A stretch of 64,000 nt of DNA from Malacoraja senta (taxonomy: Eukaryota), in NCBI GenBank assembly GCA_038087875.1, contig JAXLNO010001347.1:62001-126000 (forward strand), given 5' to 3'. The notes under the pieces are model-generated. The model was given only the letters and a program-made list of their open reading frames with translations, was not told the DNA's origin and did not search any database. The position numbers were made by a program, and so were the translations under genes. How positions within the stretch are numbered: position 1 is the first letter of the stretch; each line of letters opens with the position of its first letter. This document shows, piece by piece, positions 13,023 through 25,517 of this stretch.

Positions 13023-13061
13023 TAACAAACGTAGACTAGTAGTTGGGAACATGAGGCAACA

Positions 13062-13185
13062 AGAAGGGTTTCGGCCCGAAACGTTGCCTATTTCCTTCGC
13101 TCCATAGATGCTGCTGCACCCGCTGAGTTTCTCCAGCATTTTTGTGTACCTTCGATTTTCCAGCATCTGCAGTTCCTTCTTTAAC
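13062..13185 (+). mobile_element. 124-bp Penelope terminal-repeat insertion with 14-bp TSD
   Basis: AACATGAGGCAACA at 13048-13061 and 13186-13199; the insert matches the 3' end of the element at 32123-33146. Confidence 0.88.
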
Positions 13186-14159
13186 AACATGAGGCAACAT
13201 CTGTTGCCTTGTCCAGTTGCAGTGAATACACTGGACTGCTCGTCACAGCCCTCACTACTTGCAGCAGAATATCATTACTCATATCCGAGATTCAACTTTT
13301 GACTGTCATTCAAAAGGGAAATCTGCCTGAACTTGTTTGACTGCTCTTCCCCCAGCACCAACTTTGCTGCTTCGAGAAGGCATGGCTTGATAAGCTCTTC
13401 ACCGATGCTGTGAGGTTTCTTAGTCTGTGTGATTCGATAAGCAATCCGGTATGAAGCCTCCAAAGCTGCTTCATTTTGATGAGCACAGTGCCCCGTTGAA
13501 CCCTTGAGTACGGCTTCTTTTCGTTTGAACAGTCCACGCTCTTCCCCGGCAGGTTGCTGTGACAAGACTCCAAATGGATCTTCAATTTGCTGGGCTTCAT
13601 GCTCTCGTGACTCAACACCTTGGCACAGAGAACACATTGCAGCTTGACCACGGATTTTGAACAATGCTTGTGAAGCCCAACTTGGGAAATGCCTCACGAT
13701 ACATGCGCATCTTGGAAGACATGGTTCACAACACACACTGTTTGTGCGTGTATACGCAGGGCCTCAGAGGAATTTTATCAGTGGGTACAAAGTATCTTTT
13801 AACCCCCTTCCCTTCTCCAATAGTCATCCTGTTTTTATCCACTATGCTACAGTTTTATGCCATGAGCTGTAGCCTGCACGGCAAAAAGGGGTATGGAAGT
13901 TGAGAGAGGGATGGAATGGGGCGCTCTGTTCATTTTCTGCATTTGAGGCCTTATGCCCCTATACTCCCGCCATGATAAATATAAATAAGTATAAATAAAA
14001 TAAAAGGATCAGAAAGCACATTTGTTTTCCTTCACTCTATAGATGCTGCCTCACCCGTTGAGTTTCTCCAGCATTTTATCTACCTTTGTTTTGAACATCT
14101 TTGTTTATGCTACAATACAGATAAGGGGAAAGAATTCACATTGAAACATCCTTTAATAT

Positions 14160-14545
14160 TTAACCGCAGAGCTGCTGGCCTGCGGCCTATAACATCCTGA
14201 AGCTGCGGTCTCCACTAGGAAAGTGCCGAGTCGGAACCTCCAAGCCGCACAGAGTGTGTTTGTCCGTCCCAACATCAGAGTTTGGATCATCCCAACGAGA
14301 GGGCCTTGTACATCGGGCCGTCCCTAGTTGCGACTACGGAGGGGTTATGGCCCCGAACACGGGTGAACAAAGGAGGAGGACTTGCTGAAACTTGTTGCCT
14401 TCCACCACAGTGAAAAATGCTGTAGTGGATGTTTGTGTTCAATTTTATTGTGTATTGTGTGTTCTTTTTACGTGTATCACTGCTGGCAAATTCACTGCAC
14501 TGCACCTTCGGGTGTATGTGATGAATAAAACTGACTTTGAATACT
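14160..14545 (+). mobile_element. GC-rich retroposon, 5'-truncated
   Basis: TGCCTTCCACCACAGTG at 14396; 3' stem-loop TGCACC-TTCG-GGTGTA followed by TGTGATGAATAAA. Confidence 0.5.
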
Positions 14546-14774
14546 TAGCCTGGCCAAATCCACAAGACGTTCATGAGACATTGTCGACCTTAAATAATTC
14601 TTAATCAGCTTGAGTTTGCTAAATGACCTCTCTGCAGAAGCTACTGTTGCTGGAATTGTTAATAGTATTCTTAAGCTAACACAAACATTTGGAAACAGGT
14701 TGCCAAGTCAATAGTCTGTTAACAAGTTCAACAGATCTAATGGTTTTAACCATTTATAAAATTCACCCTCCCAC

Positions 14775-14880
14775 TAACACACACATACACTCAGACACAC
14801 ACACACTCACCTACTCACATACACCCACACACATCCACACACACACACACACCCTCACTCACACCCACCCATCCACATAC
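14775..14880. repeat. Imperfect (CA)n microsatellite
   Basis: Interrupted cacaca runs. Confidence 0.8.
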
Positions 14881-15173
14881 TGATCCAAACCCAGGTCCGG
14901 ACCACTGAAACAGCCGCGGCTGTCGACTCTCACCACCTCCCCGGGCGAGGCCACCGCAACCACTGTCGCCGACCTTCACTGTCTTCAGAAAGCCACCGAT
15001 GCTGCTGCCCATATCTCTACTCCAGCTCCCCACGGGCCTCCACCAGCAACTCTGCCAACCCTCGTCTCTCCAGCGGCCACCAGCGGGCCAGAGCCGTCAC
15101 CTCACCAGAGTTCCCGGCATAGCACCAGGCCCACAACCTAAACCATGCAGACAGCACATGGTCTGATTGCTGG

Positions 15174-15592
15174 CTCCTAGTGCTCCCCCCCCCCCTCCTA
15201 CAGGGAAGACCCATCAGTAGTGATGACTCTGCTGGGTCCTAGTGCTCTCCCTCCTCCTACAGGGAAGATCCATCAGTAGTGATGACTCTGCTGGGTCCTA
15301 GTGCTCTCCCTCCTCCTACAGGGAAGATCCATCAGTAGTGATGACTCTGTTGGGTCCTAGTGCTCTCCCTCCTCCTACAGGGAAGATCCATCAATAGTGA
15401 TGACTCTGTTGGGTCCTAGTGCTCTCCCCCCTCCTTGTCCTACAGGGAAGATCCATCAGTAGTGATGACTCTGTTGGGTCCTCATGCTCTCCCTCCTCCT
15501 ACAGGGAAGACCCATCAGTAGTGATGACTCTGTTGGGTCCTAATGCTGCACCCCCCCCCCCTCCTGCAGGGAAGATCCATCAGTAGTGATGG
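15174..15592. repeat. 59-bp minisatellite, about 7 copies
   Basis: Unit CCTAGTGCTCTCCCTCCTCCTACAGGGAAGATCCATCAGTAGTGATGACTCTG(C/T)TGGGT; period 59 confirmed (15241 vs 15300). Confidence 0.92.
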
Positions 15593-15995
15593 TTCTTCCC
15601 CTTCCCCCTCTTTTAATCAGGTTACTCCGACCACACACTCGCCAGTTAAAATTCCCTGCTTTATTATGGATCACAATTTCTACGAATTACGATATATAAA
15701 ACTCTGTCGGCTCACACAAAATGTGAATGCTAGTCTTCACAAAATATATGCAAACATTTTCTGAGATTTCAGGAAATTCCCGTCCCCCCTCCTTCAGCTC
15801 CCGGGTACGATGTACCCCCTGCACCCCCCTCTCATGGGCCCTGTTTATACGTACGCGCATTCGTGAACAAAATACTGTGTGTGGTATGTGCCTTTGTTAG
15901 GTTCCTAAAAATAGGCTCAACAAATTGATGTTCTTTTCAACCCATTCATGACCCCCCAGAAAAACCACAAACGACCCCCAGGTTAAGAACCACTG

Positions 15996-16195
15996 CTTTG
16001 GAGATACAGTGCTGAAACAGGCCCTTCAGCCCACACTAGGGACAATTTACATTTACACCAAGCCAATTTACCTACATCTCAGAGAAAAGCCACGCAGGTT
16101 ACGGGGAGAACATGCAAACCCCGTACAGTCACCACTCGTAGTTGGGTTCAAACCAGGGTCTCTGGTGCTGCAAGGCAGCAACTCGTGTAAGGCCA
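15996..16195 (-). mobile_element. V-SINE-type SINE whose tail was the hAT target
   Basis: tttggagatacagtgctgaaacaggccc...; the rest of the tail (agtttt..tttagag) lies left of the hAT at about 11100-11117. Confidence 0.7.
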
Positions 16196-16551
16196 CAATC
16201 TCTTGGCTTTGCTTATAATTATTATCATGTTTTATCTTCTATTGTGTTCCTTTTGCTTATTGCATATAAACAAATGTAAAGCTGCACATAAGGTTGGATC
16301 TTTTCGAGGCCCGAGCTGCCCCATCTTTTACCACAAAAGTGCTTCCTATATTTAGAGAAACATAGATATAATAAGGCTCACCCATCATGGGCATTGAAGG
16401 CTTTCTCTAAAATATGGAGACCATTAAGCTGCTCACTGCCAAGTTTATTTTTCACTATTGGCCATGACCCCTAGTGTACTTGGCGATGGCATTGAACAGG
16501 TTAAAGATATCCAGTGATGTGTAGCTGCGCTACCTTTCCTTGGTATTTTTA

Positions 16552-17233
16552 AGGGCCTGTCCCACTTACGTGTCCTTGGCACACAAATTATGCGACCTTG
16601 TGGTCGCGTTGAGGCGTACGGGCATCGTATGGCCGCACGGGGCCGGTCCCACTTGGAAGCGTGGAGGGGTATGTAGTTGTGCGCGACATTGCGCGGGGCT
16701 ACGAAAATTTTGTAGTGAATGAAATCTTCGTGCGCCAACGGCCTGACGTGGAACTGACGGCCAAAGTGGGAAAGGCCCAAGACCCTGGCGCGACGCAAAG
16801 TCTCACTTTCAACAGCAGCAGAAGCGGGCAAACGATCGCCGAACTCGGCTTGGGGCTCACGGCCGTTGCGGTCCAGATCCGCCCCCACTTCTACTCCCAG
16901 AGCGGGGCCAAGAAAATTGAAGATAGACACAAAATGCTGGAGTCACTCAGCGGGACCGGCAGCATCTCTGGAGAGAAGCAATGGGTGATGTTTCGGGTCA
17001 AGACCCTTCTTTTCAGACTGAAGAAGAGTCTCGACATGAAACATCATCCATTGCTTCTCTCCAGAGATGCTGCCGATCCCGCTGAGTTACTCCAGCTTTG
17101 TGTCCATCTTCAAATAACGTCACACGCTCCAGACGGCTGTGCGTACGCATGTAATCGCGCCCGACCTTCGCCGGACCATCGCGGCTCAACGCGTAATTTG
17201 CGTGCCAAGGACACGTAAGTGGGACAGGCCCCT
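16552..17233. mobile_element. PIF/Harbinger-type MITE
   Basis: About 45-bp TIRs AGGGCCTGTCCCACTTACGTGTCCTTGGCAC.. / ..GTGCCAAGGACACGTAAGTGGGACAGGCCCCT; TTA on both sides (16549-16551 / 17234-17236); CpG-rich non-coding interior. Confidence 0.8.
16916..17112. repeat. Fold-back of two inverted Penelope terminal repeats inside the MITE
   Basis: TTGAAGATAGACACAAAATGCTGGAG...CAG / CTG...CTCCAGCTTTGTGTCCATCTTCAA; arms of about 95 bp. Confidence 0.8.
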
Positions 17234-17714
17234 TTACTTAGATGATTCATTCCCTCTGGCATTGATTGATGAATCAAAGTGGGGGGGGTGATGGAATTTG
17301 TAAGGATTTGCTGAAGTCAGTTTGCTTAAAACTGCTCACTCCTTGAAAAGGAGAGTCTGTGAACTTTAGCCCAGAGACAAAGAGCAGTTTGTGAACTCAA
17401 GGTTATAACTGTTAAAAATCTAGGCACAACTGTGAACAACAACCCTTTATTAGGATGAAGGTAATGAGCTAATGCCAACCATGCCCCTGGGACCAGGAGT
17501 AACAAGGAAGGGTCAAAACTTGGATGATGTTTTCATTCCAATAAGAAACTCTACAAACAATGATAGCTGAATAAAACATAATTATATTGTATAGATGAAG
17601 AGCCTTCTTTTCAAGCTGCTTTCTGCAGTCTCTTAGTTGTTCTGCAGATCCTTTACATTCTCTCGTCTTCGTGTTTTCAAGAAACACCACAAATAGCCGA
17701 ATGTATACTAATTA

Positions 17715-19500
17715 TAGAAAGATAGAAAAATAGGCACAGGAGTAGGCCATTCGGCCATTCAATATGATCATGCCTGCATCTAGAATCAGTACCCCATTCC
17801 TGCTTTTAGAAACATAGAAACACAGAAAATAGTTGCAGGAGAAGGCCATTCGGCCCTTCGAGCCTGCACTGCCATTCAATATGATCATGGCTGATCATCC
17901 AACTCAGTATCCTGTACCTGCCTTCTCTCCATACCCCCTGATCCCTTTAGCCACAAGGGCCACATCTAACTCCCTCTTAAATATAGCCAATGAACGGGCC
18001 TCAACTACATTCTGTGGCAGAGAATTCCAGAGATTCACCATTCTCTGTGTAAAAAATGTTTTTCTCATCTCAGTCGTAAAAGATTTCCCCTTTATCCTTA
18101 AACTGTGACCCCTTGTTCTGGACTTCCCCAAAATCGGGAACAATCTTCCTGCATCTAGCCTGTCCAACCCCTTAAGAATTTATAAGTTTCTATAAGATCC
18201 CCCCTCAATCTTCTAAATTCTAGCGAGTACAAGCCGAGTCTATCCAGTCTTTCTTCATATGAAAGTCCTGACATCCCAGGAATCAGTCTGGTGAACCTTC
18301 TCTGTACTCCCTCTATGGCAAGAATGTCCTTCCTCAGATTAGGAGACCAAAACTGTAGGCAATACTCCAGGTTTGGTCTCACCAAGACCCTGAACAACTG
18401 CAGTAGAACCTCCCTGCTCCTCAAATCCTTTTGCTATGAATGCTAACATACCATTTGCTTTCTTCACTGCCTGCTGCACCTGCATGCCTACTTTCAATTA
18501 CTGGTGTACCATGACACCCAGGTCTCGTTGCATCTCCCGTTTTCCTAATCGGCCACCATTCAGGTAATAGTCTACTTTCCTGTTTTTGCCACCAAGGTGG
18601 ATAACCACACATTTATCCACATTATACTACATCTGCCATGCATTTGCCCACTCACCCAGCCTATCCAAGTCACCTTGCAGCCTCCTAGTACCCTCCTCAC
18701 AGCTAACACTGCCCCCCAGCTTGTGAAAAGGACCCGTTTACTCCTACTCTTTGCTTCCTGTCTGCCAGCCAGTTCTCTATCCACATCAATACTGAACCCC
18801 CAATACCGTGTGCTTTAAGTTTGTATATTAATCTCTTATGTGGGACCTTGTCGAAAGTCTTCTGAAAGTCCAGATATAACACATCCACTGGTTCTCCCTT
18901 ATCCACTCTACTAGTTACATCCTCGAAAATGTTTATAAGATTCGTCAGACATGATTTACCTTTCGTAAATCCATGCTGACTTTGTCCAATGATTTCACCA
19001 TTTTCCTAATGTGCTGCTATCCCATCTTTAATAACTGACTCTAGCAGTTTCCCCACTACCGATGTTAGACTGACTGGTCTGTAATTCCCCGTTTTCTCTC
19101 TCCCTCCCTTTTTAAAAAGTGGGGTTACATTAGGTACCCTCCAATCCTCAGGAACTACTCCAGAATCTAAAGAGTTTTGAAAAATTATTACTAATGCATC
19201 CACTATTTCAGGGGCTACTTCCTTAAGTACTCTGGGATGCAGCCTATCTGGCCCTGGGGATTTATCGGCCTTTAATCCATTCAATTTACCTAACACCACT
19301 TCCCGGCTAACTTGGATTTCACTCAGTTCCTCCATCTCATTTGACCCCTGGTCCCCAGCTATTTTTGGCAGTTAATGAAGTCTTCCTTAGTGAAGACAGA
19401 ACCAAAGTAGTTATTCAATTGGTCTGCCATGTCCTTGTTCCCCATGATCAATTCACCTGTTTCTGACTGCAAGGGACCTACATTTGTATTAACTAATCTT
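17715..19500 (-). mobile_element. CR1 LINE, 5'-truncated, disrupted RT
   Basis: KSPGPDRLHPRVLKE, NYRPVSLTSVVGK, VYLDFQK.FDKVPH, HLEYC.QFWSP; (TTTCTATG)-type tail. Confidence 0.92.
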
Positions 19501-20399
19501 TTCCCCCATATCCCTTGATTCCTTTAGCCTTAAGAGCTAAATCTAACTCACTCTTGAAAGTACGTTGTTTAGATAAGAGCCTTCTTTTCAAGCTTCTTTC
19601 TGTGGTCTTTTAGTTGTGTTTTGCAGGTGCTTTAGTTTGTCTCATCTTCTCTCTGCTGAATATGTAACAACTACAAGCTGGGAATAACAAAAAATCCTTG
19701 AAAACTAACACTGGACTGCGAGTGTGAGCACAAAGCATGTTCTAATGTGACCCAACTTCAGTCTGAAGTAGGATCCTCACCCGAAATATCTGCCTTCCCA
19801 TGTTCTCCAAAGATGCCACTTGACCCGTTGAGTTCCTCAGCACTTTGTGTGTGGAGGAAAGCAGCCTCTGCTCTTCCTTTCATCTACAATTGTTAAATAG
19901 TTCAATCCAGACAATTAGTTCAATTTTACACTGTTGACTAAAATGAGAAAGAAGGCAGTTCAAGGATAAATAACTGCCCATAAATCCATGTGACAGAGAA
20001 AGAGGCCTTTCAGCCTCCTGAGCTCACTCTAGCCCAGAGAACAAAACCATTCCAACACTAATTTTCCCCAAAACGGATCTTTCTCATTTCTATCAATGCC
20101 ACAAATCCACCTATTTTCAGCGGTGGCTTAATCTACTAAATCAGCACATTTTGGTATGTGGGAGGAAACTGGAGAACAAACATTGTCACAGGGAGAATGC
20201 TTATACTCCACACAGACTGCACTGGAGATGATTGAACACGGATCACTGGAGCTGTGAGGCATCAGCGCTCTTTGCTATAAAGCAGTCATAGAGAGTCACA
20301 CAGCAGGGAAACAAGCCCTTTGGCCCAACTTATCCAAGCTAATCAAGATACCCCATTTAAGCTAGTCCCATTTACCCTGCAATGGGTAGACATCATTCA

Positions 20400-20885
20400 A
20401 AACGTTTCTCTCTAGATGTCAGCTGCTCTACATCGGTGAGACCAAGCGCAGGCTTGGCGATCGTTTCGCCGAACGCCTCCGCTCGGTTCGCAACAACCAA
20501 CCTGATCTCCCGGTGGATCAGCACTTCAACTCCCCCCTCCCATTCCAAATCCGACCTTTCTGCCCTCGGCCACCTCCATGGCCAGAGTGAGGACCACCGT
20601 AAATTGGAGGAGCAGCAGCTCATATTTCGCTTGGGCAGTTTGCACCCCAACGGTATGAACATTGACTTCTTTAATTTCAGGTAGTCCTTACTTTCTCCTC
20701 CCCTACTCAGCTCTCCCTCAGCCCACTGGCTCCACCTTTTCCTTTCTTCTTCCTGCGCCCCACCCCCCCCCCCCTCCCACCCTCACATCAGTCTGAAGAA
20801 GGGTTTTCGGCCCGAAACGTTGCCTATTTCCTTCGCTCCATAGATGCTGCCTCACCCGCTGAGTTTCTCCAGCACTTTTATCTAC
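20400..20885 (+). mobile_element. Penelope-like element, 5'-truncated
   Basis: CQLLYIGETKRRLGDRFAE...LEEQQLIFRLGSLHPNGMNIDF, pyrimidine linker, terminal repeat with hammerhead core. Confidence 0.88.
20793..20821 (+). ncRNA. Minimal type-I hammerhead ribozyme motif (Penelope terminus)
   Basis: CUGAAGA-A-GGGU(UUUCG)GCCC-GAAAC-GUU: complete catalytic core, stem II, palindromic ACGU as helix III. Activity untested and stem I weak. Confidence 0.65.
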
Positions 20886-21914
20886 CTATGCATGTCCCTG
20901 TCCATGTGTCTTTTAAATATTGTTATTGTTCCTGCCGCAACTCCATTCTCTGGCAGGTCATTCCATATACTGACCACTCTCTGAGCACAAAGATCGCCCC
21001 CAAGTTCCAATTAAATCTTCCCCCTCTCACATTAAACCCATGTCCTCTGGTTATTTTATTCCCCTTCTCTGGGTAAAAGGCTCTGGGCATACAGTCTATC
21101 AATTCCCCTCATGATTTTAAGCGCCCCTATATGATCACCCCTCAGCCTCCTGTGCTCCATGGAATAAAGCCCTGACTTGCCCAATCTCTCCCTCTTGTTC
21201 ACACCCTTGAGCCCCGATAATATGCTCATAAATCTCATAAACATAACAATGTTGCAGATAATATGTGCACCATAAATAATGCAAATGAGAAAACATATTT
21301 TTGAAGGCAATATGATTCAATAAACATGGTTCTATGAATCAGATGATAATCTAATAAATGTCATTCACATGTATTCACATATAATTTGAAAATAATAATA
21401 AATATTGCAAGATGTGGAAAATTGATAGAAATTATGCCCAGTGCATAATATTTTGATGTATTGTTCCCTGTTTGTACCCTCACCCTGTTTTAGTCCAGTT
21501 AAAGATTAATAATATAATTTGTTTAATGTGTAACCAAAGAGGTAACAAAAAGCAATGTTTTCAGAAATAATTAATCATGAATGAATGATACTTTATTGTG
21601 ACATGTGACAAGTCACAGTGAAATTCTTTGTTTTGTAAACCCAACGTATGTCAAGATTCTTCACATAAAGGGCACCGACAAAGTTAGAAAGTCTCCCACA
21701 CCAGGTCCTCCTTTGTCCCCCACCTCACGATGGTTCCCCCATGCCTAGTCCTGCTTTGTTCAATGGTACACTACGAATGTCATTGAATTAACACAGTAAT
21801 GGTGATAGTACCTATTGATTTACAATATAAAACATGTCCAATTGCAAATTATATGGATATACAAGTGTGGTGCAGACGGATTTGGACAGCTTACTTTACA
21901 ATTGGTGCCCAAGA

Positions 21915-22140
21915 TAATTTAGAGATATAGCACGAAAACAGCCCTTAGAGTCCACAGTGACCAGTGATCCCCTTTGGCATACAGGCTTGGAGTGTGGGAG
22001 GAAACCGGAGCATCCGGGGAAAGCCCACGCAGGTCACGGGGAGTACGTACAAACTATGTACAGACAGCACCTGAGGCCAGGATCAACCCTGGGTCTCTGG
22101 CACTACGGCAGCATCACTACGGCTGAACCACAATGCCATT
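21915..22140 (-). mobile_element. V-SINE-type SINE
   Basis: tgggaggaaaccggagca..cacgcaggtcacggggag.acgtacaaact core in reverse. Confidence 0.75.
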
Positions 22141-23015
22141 TAGGTTATCCTTTAAATATTTCACACAACCTTTCTTTCAACATTTGTCAATAAAAGTAAA
22201 AACAATTGGTGAGGTACGCAAGGGATTTTAACCATTCGAAAAGCCGCCAACATTTCAATGATTTGTAAAATGCTGGAACACACAGCAGGTTCAACAGAAC
22301 CTATGGAAAGAGAAACAAAATTAATGCTTCAGAATTGTGAGAATGTGTAAGTTACAGACAGGAGTGGGAGGCATGGTTGGACATAGGGAGTATCACTAAT
22401 AAGGTAATGACAGGTTTCCATGGTGATAAACTGACAATGAAGCCATCAGACAATGGCATTTTTGGTTTTTATTTCACATTTGCAGCATCTGCAGTTCTTA
22501 GGTTAGTGACTCAGCATGGAAACGGGCCATTCTGCCCACCAATTCCATGCCAACCATCGATCATCTTTCACACTAGTTCTATGTTATCCCAAAATGGACA
22601 CAAAATGCTGGAGTAAGTCAGGGGAAACACTCTGTTTGAGGAAGGGTCTTGTCCTGAAAAGTCATCCATTCCTTGTATCCAGAGATGCTGCCTGTCCCGC
22701 TGAGTTACTCCAGCACATTGAGCCTATTTTGCTGTAAACCAGCATCTTCAGTTCCTTCCTACACATCTATGTAATCCCACCTTCTCACCCATTCTCAGCA
22801 CACAAGAGTAATTTACAGAGTCCAATTAACCTACAAACTCTCACGTTTTCAAGATATGGGACGAAACCGGAGCACCTGGAGGAAATATCTGTGGTCACAG
22901 GGAGAACGTGTAGTCAGGATCAAACCTGGATCTCTGGCACAGCGAGAAATTTCTTTGAGATGTTTTTTTATGAACATTGATCACACTCCAAATGTATTGA
23001 AATGAATGAACTAAC

Positions 23016-23276
23016 TTGCTGTTTCGTTCTGCCTCCGCATCCATTCATCGACTTGCCCTTTGATGATTCCATGGAAACCAGTTTCAGAGACCGTATTTGT
23101 TACCCAGTAATTCCTGTCAAATGCAGCCGCCATCCATTTCTGTCTTGGAACTGTAATGACCATGTTTTTGTCATAATACTGTATCTCACAACCGTCCAGT
23201 TCACCCACGACACTATATTCTGGTAGATGAGTACTCCCGTGGTTCAGGGTGTAGTAATAGATCAGTGTGTGAGGCC
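23016..23276 (-). CDS. MHC class I-like exon 2: alpha1 domain (261 nt, open)
   Basis: Acceptor tgtgtctag|GG, donor GCAA|gttagt. Translation GPHTLIYYYTLNHGSTHLPEYSVVGELDGCEIQYYDKNMVITVPRQKWMAAAFDRNYWVTNTVSETGFHGIIKGQVDEWMRRQNETA has the H3, Y7, PE, LDG, PRQ-WM, YW and N86 glycan (NET) hallmarks. Confidence 0.93.
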
Positions 23277-23647
23277 CTAGACACAAAGACAATAATACAA
23301 TTATTCTCAAGTAATAGAAATTTCTATGGATAGGAAAGGTTTGGAGGGAAATCGGCAAAACACCAATTGGATTTACATTGCACTAAACATGATATAATTT
23401 ACCCTGTATCTATAGATTGTGAACGGCTTCATAGTAATGTAGTCTTTTCACTGACTGGACAGCACACAAGAAACATTTTCACTGTAAAACAGTACACGTC
23501 ACATTAATAATAAATTAAACTAAGCTAAAATATAGATAGGTGGGTCAAGGGTAGATGGGGCATCTTGGCTGGCATAGATAAGCTGGGCTGAAGGGCCTGT
23601 TTCTATGCGGTACACGATTCTAAATGTCAAGCTTAATTAGATTATTT

Positions 23648-23941
23648 TAGGTTAGTTTAGAGATACAGTGTGGAAACAGGCCCTTCAGCACAAGTCCGCA
23701 CAGATCCCCGCACATTAACACTATCCTACAAACGAAGGACAATTTACATTTATATCAAGCCTATTAACCTACAAACCTGTACGTCTTTGGAGTGTGGGAG
23801 GAAACCGAAGATCTTGGCGAAAACCCACTGGTCATGGGGAGAGTGTACAAACTCTGTACAGACAGCACCCATAGTCAGGATCGGACCCGGGGCTCTGACA
23901 CTTTAAGGCAGCAACTCTATCGCTGCCCCACCGTGTCGCCC
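23648..23941 (-). mobile_element. V-SINE-type SINE, full length
   Basis: Head gggcgacacggtggggcagcg on the minus strand; tail ctctaaactaacc. Confidence 0.8.
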
Positions 23942-24337
23942 TTACTGATCAACATTTGGAAACATGATATTCAGATATTCCACCCACAAAGGGAAGTCAC
24001 GGCAGTTATTTGGTTCACAGGCCACCATTTATTGCTCCGTGTGTCGTTAAAGAGTAAAATCTAGGGGGTAGGTATTGGAAATATCAGGAAGATAAAAAGA
24101 GATCAGGTCCCAAAATAGTTAGTATTGACTTGATGGGTCAAAGGGCTTGTTTCTGTGCTGCACTCTCCATGCTGCACTCTCAATTAGTTGCATCACATCA
24201 TATTTATAAGTCGTAACCTTCAGTTCATTAGTCTAACACGGGTTCATTCGCTCGTGTGTCAGACGAGGTGTAGCTCACTGTTGGCTTCTGTCATCGTCCA
24301 ACATGTTGACAGAATAGGTCGCCCGACGCGTCAAATA

Positions 24338-25455
24338 GAAACATAGAAACATAGAAATTAGGTGCAGGAGTAGGCCATTCGGCCCTTCGAGCCTGCACCG
24401 CCATTCAGTATGATCATGGCTGATCATCCAACTCAGTATCCCGTACCTGCCTTCTCTCCATACCCTCTGATCCCTTTACCACAAGGGCCACATCTAACTC
24501 CCTCTTAAATATAGCCAATGAACTGGCCTCGACTACCCTCTGTGGCAGAGAGTTCCAGAGATTCACCACTCTCTGTGTGAAAAAAGTTCTTCTCATCTCG
24601 GTTTTAAAGGATTTCCCCCTTATCCTTAAGCTGTGACCCCTTGTCCTGAACTTCCCCAACATCAGGAGCAATCTTCCTGCATCTAGCCTGTCCAACCCCC
24701 CAAGAATTTTGTAAGTTTCTATAAGATCCCCTCTCAATCTCCTAAATTCTAGAGAGTATAAATCAAGTCTATCCAGTCTTTCTTCATAAAACAGTCCTGA
24801 CATCCCAGGAATCAGTCTGGTGAACCTTCTCTGCACTCCCTCTATGGCTATAATGTCCTTCCTCAGATTTGGAGACCAAAACTGTACGCAATACTCCAGG
24901 TGTGGTCTCACCAAGACCCTGTACAACTGCAGTAGAAACTCCCTGCTCCTATACTCAAATCCTTTTGCTATGAAAGCTAACATACCATTCGCTTTCTTCA
25001 CTGCCTGCTGCACCTGCATGCCTACTTTCAATGACTGGTGTACCATGACACCCAGGTCTCGCTGCATCTCCCCTTTTCCTAATCGGCCACCATTTAGATA
25101 ATAGCCTACTTTCCTGTTTTTGCCACCAAAGTGGATAACCTCACATTTATCCACATTATACTGCATCTGCCAAACATTTGCCCACTCACCCAGCCTATCC
25201 AAGTCACCTTGCAGTCTCCTAGCATCCTCCTCACAGCTAACACTGCCCCCCACCTTAGTGTCATCCGCAAACTTGGAGATATTGCCTTCAATTCCCTCAT
25301 CCAGTTCATTAATATATATTGTAAATAGCTTGGGTCCCAGCACTGAGCCTTGCGGTACCCCACTAGTCACTGCCTGCCATTGTGAAAAGGACCCGTTTAC
25401 TCCTACTCTTTGCTTCCTGTTTGCCAGCCAGTTCTCTATCCACATCAATACTGAG
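24338..25455 (-). mobile_element. CR1 LINE, 5'-truncated, RT C-terminal half open
   Basis: ORF 24414-25526: [36 protein letters not shown]; tail (TAGAAACA)n on the plus strand. Confidence 0.93.
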
Positions 25456-25517
25456 TGCATCGTGTCGTCGGGTCCGTGGATCGCCACGAGGAGGCTTCTG
25501 CATGATCCCCCAAAAAA

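Noticed and set aside
15174-15592. CRISPR array or C/D-box snoRNA cluster (GTGATGA in each unit)
   Set aside because: The DNA is eukaryotic, the units have no unique spacers, and there is no D box (CTGA) or terminal stem on the same strand.
17648-17735. Plus-strand acceptor followed by DPLHSLVFVF, resembling an alpha1 start
   Set aside because: The resemblance is limited to HSL, the frame closes after about 28 codons, and no other class I motif follows.
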